Source: Macrostomum hystrix
Taxonomy: Eukaryota > Animalia > Platyhelminthes
Assembly (NCBI GenBank): GCA_950097015.1
Contig: CATNEN010000038.1
Span: 17,112,001 to 17,176,000, forward strand
DNA length: 64,000 nt
Direction: 5' to 3'
Positions 1-10,915 of the stretch are shown piece after piece. The position numbers and the translations under genes were made by a program. The number at the start of each line of letters is the position of its first letter. The stretch's first letter is position 1. The notes below the pieces were generated by a model that was given only the letters and a program-made list of their open reading frames with translations, did no database searches and had not been told where the DNA came from.

Positions 1-51
1 AGGAATTTGCTTGATTTGGAAGAGAAATGTGAGGAAGGGTAGATGATTAAG

Positions 52-570
52 GCGTAGATGAGGAAGGAATAGATGAGGAAGGGATAGATGAGGAAGGAGT
101 AGGTAGATAAGGAAGGAATAGATGTGGAAGGAATAGATGAGGAAGGGATAGATGAGAAAGGTGTAGATAAGTATGGGCTAGATGTGGAAGGGATAGATGA
201 GGAAGGGATAGATGAGGAAGGAGTAGATGAGGAAGTGGTAGATGAGGATGGGCTAGATAAGGAAGGGGTAGATGTGGAATGAATAGATGAGGAAGGGATA
301 GATGAGAAAGGTGTAGATAAGTATGGGCTAGATGTGGAAGGGCTAGATGAGGAAGGGATAGATGTGGAAGGGATAGATGAGGAAGGGATAGATGAGGAAG
401 GGATGGATGACAAAGGCGTAGATGAGGAAGTGGTAGATGAGGAAGGCGTAGATGAGGAAGTGGTAGATGAGGAAGGCGTAGATGAGGAAGTGGTAGATAA
501 GTATGGGCTAGATGTGGAAGGGATAGATGAGAAAGGGGTAGATGAGAAAGGGGTAGACGAGGAAGGGGTT
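52..570. repeat. Degenerate 15-bp minisatellite (GATGAGGAAGGGATA)n
   Basis: Visible 15-bp period; ORFs 47..718 and 334..585 are 5-aa periodic translations of it. Confidence 0.9.
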
Positions 571-1289
571 GAGAGGTTAGTATAGTTGAGAGGTTAATTG
601 TGGCATGGGATAGAATGAAAAAGAATGAGAACAATAGCTGGTGAATCGGAGAAACGGAGTCAACAGGGAATTGACACATATGTAGCCCTGTCGACATACA
701 ACTATAGTCGACATACAACTATAGGCACAGATTCTCGAACTAAAAATATTGAATAGACTGCAGCCTTGAAGTCTAAATCTGTAAATCTGACAATTATATG
801 AATTTAGTTCGCAACACCCTTTTCTATAGCTTAATGGGGGGCTTAGGTCGGAAATCATATTGTCTATAGCTGACTATTTCGGAGAAAAAAAAGAATGAAA
901 AAACGCACTAATTATAAAAAAATAGATGAGACATTGCTGCAACATAAAATTCGGATTTTATCTGATTTCGCATTAACTAGCTATAGTGCATACGATAATT
1001 TATGCGCATTGTTGTGTTGTGTTAAAAAAAATAGCTGCTATCGTGAGGTCGTGAGGTCTGCATGTGTTTAATCATTTCAGTTCATACATTCTGACACTCC
1101 AGTTTGTGTTTCTTTCTGCGTACTAAAATTTTTCTAACCACTTTATAATAACCACCTTATTTGTAGCGAACCAGTGAATAGCAAAGGTACTGTTTGAAAT
1201 CTTATTTGTTTGTCCACGAACTTAGTCAAACTTTGCTATATTAATAATAAATTTTGCTAAACCAGATACTAGCTTAAGGTATTAACTTA

Positions 1290-2251
1290 CCGGGTGGCCC
1301 ATGCGTTTAAGGACAACCTTAAAAATAGAAGAAAGCAAAGCCAGCGGTAGCTAGAGCATAATAGTTTTGGTCATAGACAAAATAGTATCTATATAGTCTG
1401 TAGCTGCCGCGAAAATTTTCGGCAACTTAGCATTAGCCATGAATCGCGCTAAACGTTTGATGGTGGTAGACCAGCTCGCGCGGGGTATAAGCCCAGCACA
1501 GATAGCAGAGAACCTCAATGTTGCAAGGTCGTTTGTTTACGCCGTCAAGAGCGACATTGAAGAAGTTGGAGCTGCTGCGGCAGTTGAAAGGAGACTCCAG
1601 CTCTGCTGCGGAGGAACACCGCTATATGCCTCGCCAGCAACATGCCAAAGGTGCCATGTTTCTCGGTGTCGTGGCTTCGGACGGCAGGGTGGCTCCCCCG
1701 ATCTGGAGTGAAAATCAACTCAGCCGAGTACATCCGCATGCTGCAGGATCATGTACTGCCATGGATTCGACACAACTTTGCCCCAGGTACGTTTGTTTTT
1801 CAGCAGGACGGCGCTCCTGCCCACACGGCTGTCGCTACTCAAGAATTTCTTCGCCGGGAGCTCGGCGAGGACTTCTGGGATGCGACCACTTGGCCACCAT
1901 CGAGTCCAGACTGTTCCCCTCTCGATTACTTTGTGTGGAACAACGTGGCCCGCGTTGCATGTTTAACAACTTATGCTACCGTGGAGACTCTCCAAGTTGC
2001 TGTTAGTGCTGCCTGGTCAGCTCAGGGCCCTGCCGTCATCAGAGGTGCCTGTACCAAGTTTCGGTCTCGCATTGAAGCCGTGTATGCAGCGGAGGGGGGC
2101 TACATTGAGTAAATGTTATTTTTAGTTGCCATCTAGACATTATGGCGGTCAGTTAAAATGTTAAAGTTTTCGTTTGTTGGTTGTTTTTATATTAAAAATG
2201 TATATACATTTGATCATTTTTAAGTTGTCCTTAAACGCATGGGCCACCCGG
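1290..2251 (+). mobile_element. Tc1/mariner DNA transposon (maT/DD37D-like), internally deleted, non-autonomous
   Basis: Perfect 28-bp TIRs CCGGGTGGCCCATGCGTTTAAGGACAAC (1290-1317, inverted at 2224-2251); TA on both flanks (1288-1289, 2252-2253); encloses transposase fragments. Confidence 0.95.
1439..2112 (+). pseudogene. Disrupted mariner-type transposase
   Basis: HTH-like N-terminus (MNRAKRL...ISPAQIAENLNVARSFVY), then frame changes into MFLGVVASDG and KINSAEY...FQQDGAPAH...WPPSSPDCSPLDYFVW...GGYIE. Three frames are needed and the region carrying the first catalytic Asp is missing. Confidence 0.9.
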
Positions 2252-2429
2252 TAATTGTCGATTTGTCGATCTTTATTTCCGCAACTATTCAATCATAAAG
2301 TTGACAAACTTACACGTGTAGGTGATATTGCCAAATAATATGTGTGATAAGTGTAGCAAAGGTATAAGTGAATATGCAGTGTCTCTAGATACATAATGAA
2401 TGAATCATGCTGTTCAAGACTAACAACCA

Positions 2430-2714
2430 GGGGTGACAACCTGAAGAATTGGGGGTGACAACCTGAAGAATTGGGGGTGACAACCTGAAGAATTGGGGGT
2501 GACAACCTGAAGAATTGGGGGTGACAACCTGAAGAATTGGGGGTGACAACCTGAAGAATTGGGGGTGACAACCTGAAGAATTGGGGGTGACAACCTGAAG
2601 AATTGGGGGTGACAACCTGAAGAATTGGGGGTGACAACCTGAAGAATTGGGGGTGACAACCTGAAGAATTGGGGGTGACAACCTGAAGAATTGGGGGTGA
2701 CAACCTGAAGAATT
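2430..2714. repeat. 22-bp minisatellite (GGGGGTGACAACCTGAAGAATT)n
   Basis: Near-perfect tandem copies. Confidence 0.95.
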
Positions 2715-3113
2715 GTAACGATTGTTGTTAAGCAGGTACTATAGCAAACACACCTTAGCAATATAAGCACACAGTGCACCACACTTTAATACACCAAAAG
2801 TAAGAAATAAAAGGTGTGAATATTTTGTGTTGCTCTCGCGTGCATGGCGGGAATCTCGACATCAGCATCCCAGAGCGGACTCTTGCCACGCATGTTCCCT
2901 TGACTTCAGTGAAATCAACTGAACTGAGAAATAAAGTCACATCGCGACTATTTTACAAATGCGACCTAATATAAGGCTGAAGAAGAAAGGACTAAAGGCT
3001 AGAAAGTGTCACGCAATCGACGAAGCCCGCTGTATGGTATGGAATCTTGATTGCCTAAATATAAAAAATATAATAATGCTTTCTAAGAAAGCATCCGGAA
3101 AGGGCGGCAACGG

Positions 3114-3795
3114 CCTGAACAATCTGGGGAGAGACAACCTGAAGAATCTGGGGAGAGACAACCTGAAGAATCTGGGGAGAGACAACCTGATGAATTTGGG
3201 GAGAGACAATCTCAAGAATCTGGGGAGAGACAACCTGAAGAATTTGGGGAGAGACAACCTGAAGAATCTGGGGAGAGACAACCTGAAGAATCTGGGGAGA
3301 GACAACCTGAAGAATCTGGGGAGAGACAACCTGAAGAATCTGAGGAGAGACAACCTGAAGAATCTGGGGAGAGACAACCTGAAGAATCTGAGGAGAGACA
3401 ACCTGAAGAATCTGGGGAGAGACAACCTGAAGAATCTGGGGAGAGACAACCTGAAGAATCTGGGGAGAGACAACCTGAAGAATCTGGGGAGAGACAACCT
3501 GAAGAATCTGGGGAGAGACAACCTGAAGAATCTGAGGAGAGACAACCTGAAGAATCTGGGGAGAGACAACCTGAAGAATCTGGGGAGAGACAACCTGAAG
3601 AATCTGAGGAGAGACAACCTGATGAATTTGGGGAGAGACAATCTCAAGAATCTGGGGAGAGACAACCTGAAGAATTTGGGGAGAGACAACCTGAAGAATC
3701 TGGGGAGAGACAACCTGATGAATTTGGGGAGAGACAATCTCAAGAATCTGGGGAGAGACAACCTGAAGAATCTGGGGAAAGACTACCTGAAGAAG
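3114..3795. repeat. 24-bp minisatellite (AATCTGGGGAGAGACAACCTGAAG)n
   Basis: Tandem copies; 8-aa periodic ORFs on both strands. Confidence 0.95.
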
Positions 3796-3809
3796 TGGGG
3801 GGATAAGGA

Positions 3810-4395
3810 AGGGAGGCGATCCCCTGAAGAATCGGCGGTGGAAGGCGATCACCTGAAGAATCGGGAGTTGGGAGGCGATCCCCTGAAGATCTGGTGGCAG
3901 AAAGGCGATCCCTGAAGAATCGGGGGTAGGAGGACAATCCCCTGAAGATCTGGGTGCAGAGAGGCGATCCCTGAAGAATCAGGGGTAGGAGGACAATCCC
4001 CTGAAGATCTGGGGACAGAAAGGCGATCCCTGAAGAATCGGGGGTAGGATGACAATCCCCTGAAGATCTGGGGGCAGGAAGGCGATCCCTGAAGAATCAG
4101 GGGTAGGAGGACAATCCCCTGAAGATCTAGGGACAGAAAGGCGATCCCTGAAGAATCGGGGGTAGGATGACAATCCCCTGAAGATCTGGGAGCAGAGAGG
4201 CGATCCCTGAAGACTCGGGGGTAGGATGACAATCCCCTGAAGATCTGGGAGCAGAGAGGCGATCCCTGAAGACTCGGGGGTAGGATGACAATCCCCTGAA
4301 GATCTGGGAGCAGAGAGGCGATCCCTGAAGACTCGGGGGTAGGATGACAATCCCCTGAAGATCTGGGGGCAGGAAGGCGATTCCTGAAGAATCGG
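3810..4395. repeat. ~59-bp dimeric minisatellite (two CCCTGAAGA subunits)
   Basis: GGCGATCCCTGAAGA...GACAATCCCCTGAAGATCTGGG recurs with a 59-bp period. Confidence 0.9.
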
Positions 4396-6002
4396 TTCTT
4401 GTAATTTAAATTCATCATTGCATGCCAAGGCAAAACTTACCAAAATATAAGCAACATATTCCAGTATTGCGCTGGCTTGCCTGTTTTTTATACTCAGCAA
4501 GCATTAGCATAACTTGATTCCTAGCACGTTGGTAGTTTTTTTATTATAAATATATATTACAGTGCAGCCTTGAATGTTGTTTTGTTCTGTTTAAAGGACG
4601 CTGGAAACTAAATTAACTTGCATTTCTGACAGATCGCAGAAGTGCTTCGTTCGGCTCTTGCATCGAACCTTGCTTTAGACCTTGACGTCCCTTATAAACT
4701 AAACTGGGATGACGAAAAAAGTAGCGAAGTTAGTCCACAGGCGGGTTTTTGCCAAAGCCTGTTCTAGGAAAACGAAATGAAAGGGCAAATAATTGATATG
4801 CAAATAGACCGCTGGACTCTCAGCAAGGAACGGGGGAGGGTGAAAATATCGAAGGGAAAATAATTGAGTCTCTTTTTCTGGTGTCCGGAACCAAGGCCTA
4901 TTGGAAAAAAAGAAAAATTAGAGACTACTTTGCCGAGCAGACTTGACAGTTTTTTGCAACTTTGGTGAGAGATTTGCTTCGTTTCCCACTTGATGCCTTT
5001 CTTTATAGATTGCGCGACTTGCTTCTTTGAGAATGTAGGCTGGCCTGAGGCTGGCTTTCGAGAGGCGCCGCTTTATCACACTCTCGGGCCGCGTAGGCTA
5101 GAGGGGCGTCTATAGTCTAAGAGGGGTTTGGGCCCGTATGGGGTGGTGGGTGCGGACCTCGACTGTTCATTAGTTGGGGTCAAGCAGAGCCAATGAGGGA
5201 GGCACGGAAGTGAATTGGACAGACAGAAAATGAAACGCAGGGGAATTCCTGTTTAGCGTGTACATTATAGGGGAATGGTTGGAATATATCTATTTTTAGA
5301 TCTTGATCGCCTCTCTCGATTATTATGTTCTCGAAATTCAGAGCGGTGATTTTCAGGCCTTGATTTTCAAACCCAACACTTTTCATCTCTACTCTACGAG
5401 AGTACTAATGGGAAGCAAGGATAGGACTTAGTATTTAGATTGCACCGCTTTAGTTCGGGATAAAATTAATTCCACGAATTGTAGAAGTTAAGTAGTCAGT
5501 CATTTTTCTGAAAAGGGTTCTAGATTTAACAAAAATTACATTGCTTGGTCTTCGCCATACGAAACGAATCATATTTTAACGAGCATTTAGCTATTAGGCA
5601 CCGGACTTTAAAGTACGGGCAAAAGTTTCACGAAAGCTTTTTTCCTGAGTTCCTGAGTCCTAAATTCCTGTGCTATGCGAACTGCCAAAAGGCCCTATCA
5701 CGGATGGTATTGACAAACCAGTAGTCAAACATCAAAATGCCTGGCCAACCATGCGACCTCCAACCGTACGGAAGGCCATATACGATTAAATCCTGAATAT
5801 TTTATTTCCTAGAAAGCTTGTGAAAGCAATTTATTCAGTGTCAATAACAGCGCATTTCTAGCAAACTCTACAAGTGCATAACACTTGTAGTAAATGGCAA
5901 ATATGAAATTCCTTTCGTTTGAAAAAAGAGAAAACATTTAAAGCTTTTATTAATTTGCTTAAAAAATTACGGGCTTTGTTATATCGTTACGAAGTACGTA
6001 AG

Positions 6003-6420
6003 ACAGAAGCATAACATGTTACACAGGAGTATATGACATGTTAGATAGGAGCATATGACTTGTTAGACAGGAGCATAACATGTTAGACAGGAGCATAACA
6101 TGTTACACAGGAGTATATGACATGTTAGATAGGAGCATATGACTTGTTAGACAGGAGCATAACATATTAGATAGGATCATATGACATGTTAGATAGGGGC
6201 ATAAAATATTAGGCAGGAGAATAATATGTTAGACAGGAGCATATCCTGTTAGACAGGAGCATAACATGTGAGAAAGGAGTATAACAGGTTAGACAGGAGC
6301 ATAACATGTTAGACAGGAGCATATGACATGTTAGACAGGATCATGTGACATGTTAGACAGGAGCATATGACATGTTAGACAGGAGCGTAACATGCTAGAG
6401 AGGAGCATAACATGTGAGAC
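6003..6420. repeat. 20/21-bp minisatellite (CATGTTAGACAGGAGCATAA)n
   Basis: Degenerate tandem copies. Confidence 0.9.
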
Positions 6421-6747
6421 CAGTTCACCAGAAACGTCATCTGTAAGGTTGACCAGGAAACCAAAAAATGCTTAGAGTCAATAAATGAACACTTAAAAAG
6501 CTAAAAAAAATCAAGCCACATTTCTCTGCAAAGTCTCCCGGCAAAAGCAAATCGTGGTTGATTTCCGAATCGCAGATGGCCTTAGGCAAAACACAAAAAC
6601 AAGAAGCGATTTATTGCACAAGTGGTTGCACTTGATGTCACTTAGATGACATTGCAGCATTCGGAATAAAACACAAATACACAAATGCCATACTTCAAGT
6701 TGATTTATAAAAAACTTTTGTGTACTTTAGATAATGTGCGAACTTAT

Positions 6748-7520
6748 AGTGGGAGTGCCAGAAGAGGCAGTGGGAGTGCCAGAAGAGGCAGTGGGAGTGC
6801 CAGAAGAGGCAGTGTCAGTGCCAGAAGAGACAGTGTCAGTGCCAGAAGAGGCAGTGAGGTGCCAGAAGAGACAGTGTCAGTGCCAGAAGAGACAGTGTCA
6901 GTGCCAGAAGAGGCAGTGGGAGTGCCAGAAGAGACAGTGTCAGTGTCAGAAGAGACAGTGGGAGTGCCAGAAGAGACAGTGTCAGTGCCAGAAGAGACAG
7001 TGTCAGTGCCAGAAGAGACAGTGGGAGTGCCAGAAGAGACAGTGTCAGTGTCAGAAGAGACAGTGGGAGTGCCAGAAGAGACAGTGTCAGTGCCAGAAGA
7101 GACAGTGGGAGTGCCAGAAGAGACAGTGTCAGTGCCAGAAGAGACAGTGGGAGTGCCAGAAGAGACAGTGTCAGTGCCAGAAGAGACAGTGTCAGTGCCA
7201 GAAGAGACAGTGGGAGTGCCAGAAGAGACAGTGTCAGTGCCAGAAGAGACAGTGTCAGTGCCAGAAGAGGCAGTGGGAGTGCCAGAAGAGACAGTGTCAG
7301 TGCCAGAAGAGGCAGTGGGAGTGCCAGAAGAGACAGTGTCAGTGTCAGAAGAGACAGTGGGAGTGCCAGAAGAGACAGTGTCAGTGCCAGAAGAGACAGT
7401 GGGAGTGCCAGAAGAGACAGTGTCAGTGCCAGAAGAGACAGTGTCAGTGCCAGAAGAGACAGTGGGAGTGCCAGAAGAGACAGTGTCAGTGCCAGAAGAG
7501 GCCGTGTCAGTGCCAGAAAA
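6748..7520. repeat. 21-bp minisatellite (GTGCCAGAAGAGACAGTGTCA / ...GTGGGA)n
   Basis: Tandem copies; 7-aa periodic ORFs. Confidence 0.95.
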
Positions 7521-8142
7521 CAGAGCCAGGTAATTGTGCAATGTAAATCTTAAGAATTGAACAGTTGAACCATTGCAGTGCTTGAGATGCACTATACAAA
7601 ATGAATCAGTGTACACAACAACAATGACTAATAGATGGCATAAAACAGGTCAAAAGCCTATCATTCAGCCCAAGAAAGCAGAATAATTCTCCAAGCTTCT
7701 ATTTATTTACAAAATGAGCATCATAAAATAAATCGTTAAGTGTGGCACGCGCAGCTGTAAAATGATGAGGAAACAGTTCTTTAACTCCGGTAAGAAGATT
7801 AACAGTGCGAGCACTATAGAGACAGAGAAAATAGTTTCGCGCAGTTAGGAAAACACTGAAGGCAAAGGCAGAACAAACAAAGAGACGGTTAAAGCAGTAG
7901 AAGATGCTGTCTAGTACACTGGAAGTTATAAGTACCACACTCCTAGGGAGTATATTGATACAGAAAATATAGCCGCGGGTTAGAGGACCATGATCTTTAC
8001 AGCCAACAAAAGCAGCAACACTTTGATTGATGGCTTCTCGTGGATTTGCTCTGTAATCGATGGATCAGTTATGTCCGTTGCGGTAAGGTTATAACTGGCC
8101 TCTCAATACTTCAGCGCTGTTGATTGTGAATCAACAGAACAA

Positions 8143-8320
8143 TTTCCTAGAAGCTACGGTTTCCTAGAAACTACGGTTTCCTAGAAACAACGGTTTCCAA
8201 GAGACTATGGTTTCCTAGAAACTACGGTTTCCTAGAAACTACGGTTTCCTAGAAACTACGGTTTCCTAGAAACTTCGGTTTCCTAGAATCTACGGTTTCC
8301 TAGAAACTATGGTTTCCTAA
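8143..8320. repeat. 17-bp minisatellite (GGTTTCCTAGAAACTAC)n
   Basis: About 10 tandem copies with a quasi-palindromic core. Confidence 0.9.
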
Positions 8321-9063
8321 TAAACAGTCTGAGGCCTTTATCTATATGGGACAGATTCAATGAAGGACATTGGACATGTAGATGCTAGCCTCTTTGTAAA
8401 TAAATATTTATTAAACACTTAATATTGGAAACTAGTGAAAGGTCAAACGCAGATTCCATTAAATTTGGTGACACGGTCAACAGAAAAGTGGCGGAATCTA
8501 AAGGAAAAAAACTGACATCTTGACCGTGTCACCAAAGGTGTGAATAGGCAGTTGTACAAATATTACTCCCCAGAATGACCCATTACTTCAGTCCGGCATA
8601 TCGGCGCAAAATCCTCCGTAAATTTTTCGTCAGCTGCACGAAGGGTTTTAATGGCAGAGAGGAATGGAAAATGTGTGCCAGAAACTTTGTCGCTTTCAAA
8701 AAAGAAAAAAAGCTTTTCAGACATGGCAGTCACATCAAAGACGGCCTGGTCGAGCTGTATTGATGGAGCTGGCTAGCAAAAGAAGCAAAAATGTGCGTTT
8801 TTTTAATAAAGCAAAACCAACCAAGGGCTAGACAGTTAATGGCTGCCTATGAACAAACTTTGCCAACGTAGGCCAATATATCAATACCTATAGAATTGAC
8901 ACAAGCATGTTGCAGAGGACACACGGAACTATCCATTGTGCAGCCTAGTACTGCACGGCTTAGACATGATTTATTGGGGCATTGTGAAACATGCAAATAA
9001 TGTGAAAAATAAAACATTGCTGACACAATAGTGACAGTGGATTGATTAAATAAGACATCAAAT

Positions 9064-9497
9064 ATGGATAGATAAATGGATGCATGGATGAATGGTTTGG
9101 CTCAATGGATAGATGGGATGGATGGATGGATGGCTGGATGGATGGATGGATGAATGGATGGTTAGATGGATTGATGGATGGATGGCTGGATGGATGGTTA
9201 GATGGATTAATGGATGTATGGGATGGATGGATGGATGGATGGATGGATGGTTAGATGGATGGATGGATGGATGGTTAGATGGATTGATGGATGGATGAAT
9301 GGATGGTTAGATGGATTGATGTATGTATGGGATGGATGGATGGATGGATGGTTAGATGGATTAATGGATGTATGGGATGGATGGATGGATGGATGGATGG
9401 ATGGATAGATGGATGGATGGATGGATGGGATAGATGGATGAATGGATGGTTAGATGGATGGATGGATGGATGGGATGGATGGATGAATGGATGGATG
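9064..9497. repeat. (GATG)n microsatellite, imperfect
   Basis: Directly visible. Confidence 0.95.
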
Positions 9498-10045
9498 TGA
9501 CAATGCCAAGTTGAGCCGCAAGCCTCAGCTCACCTGAGAGCGGGTGCAGTGAGCTGTTTATTTCTGTCATGGATTATCTCTCCAGATATTGGATTTTCAG
9601 GTCTTCAATTATGCGCAAAAGCGACCCAGATATTCCCATTTTCTTAGCAATGGGAAAAACTCGGCTAGCCATCAGCCGCTAAAAAATGAAGGGGAGCCGA
9701 CAAATTGGGAGAATGGGTTCCCGCGGATGGGAAGAAATGTATAGAGCTATAGGTTTGGGTATCGAATTATTTACGCTAAACTGAGCAATGCCCATCAGTG
9801 TCAGGTGCAAAGCGAAACTGTTTGTCACGCTTCTCACTGGCGAGAGAACGCCGGCAGTGGGCAAAATTTCAATGCAAAACGGATTATTTCGTGGCGAAAG
9901 AAATCAAAGATGGGCAGGGAAATCGTTGCAAAGTGGAATTGGGGTAGGGCCGCAGTGAGGCTACAGAAGGAACCAAAGAAACTCAATGCCGAGATATTCT
10001 TTCTCATTGTGCCTCTAATCTGTGGCTGATGACCAGGCCTGATAA

Positions 10046-10915
10046 GACTGGGGGACAGTGGCTCTGAGGACTGGGGGACAGTGGCTCTGAGGACTGTGGG
10101 ACAGCAGCGGCTCTGAGGACTGGGGGACAGTGGCTCTGAGGACTGGGGACAGCAGCGGCTCTGAGGACTGAGGGACAGCAGCGGCTCTGAGGACTGGGGG
10201 ACAGTGGCTCTGAGGACTGGGGGACAGCAGCGGCTCTGAGGATTGGGGGACAGCAGCGGCTCTGAGGACTGGGGGACAGTGGCTCTGAGGACTGGGGGAC
10301 AGCAGCGGCTCTGAGGACTGGGGGACAGTGGCTCTGAGGACTGTGGGACAGTGGCTCTGAGGACTGTGGGACAGCAGCGGCTCTGAGGACTGGGGGACAG
10401 TGGCTCTGAGGACTGGGGACAGCAGCGGCTCTGAGGACTGAGGGACAGCAGTGGCTCTGAGGACTGGGGGACAGTGGCTCTGAGGACTGGGGACAGCAGC
10501 GGCTCTGAGGACTGAGGGACAGCAGCGGCTCTGAGGACTGGGGACAGTGGCTCTGAGGACTGGGGACAGCAGCGGCTCTGAGGACTGGGGACAGCAGCGG
10601 CTCTGAGGACTGAGGGACAGCAGCGGCTCTGAGGACTGGGGACAGTGGCTCTGAGGACTGGGGGACAGCGGCTCTGAGGACTGGGGGACAGCAGCGGCTC
10701 TGAGGACTGGGGGACAGCAGCGGCTCTGAGGATTGGGGGACAGCAGCGGCTCTGAGGACTGGGGGACAGCAGCGGCTCTGAGGACTGGGGGACAGCGGCT
10801 CTGAGGACTGGGGGACAGCAGCGGCTCTGAGGACTGGGGGACAGTGGCTCTGAGGACTGGGGGACAGCAGCGGCTCTGAGGACTGGGGGACAGCAGCGGC
10901 TCTGAGGACTGGGGG
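10046..10915. repeat. 22-26-bp minisatellite (GACTGGGGGACAGCAGCGGCTCTGAG)n
   Basis: Tandem copies with length variants. Confidence 0.95.

Noticed and set aside
2959-3915. 318-aa NLGRDNLK ORF, superficially LRR-like
   Set aside because: Translation of a near-identical 24-bp repeat with no codon-position-biased divergence.
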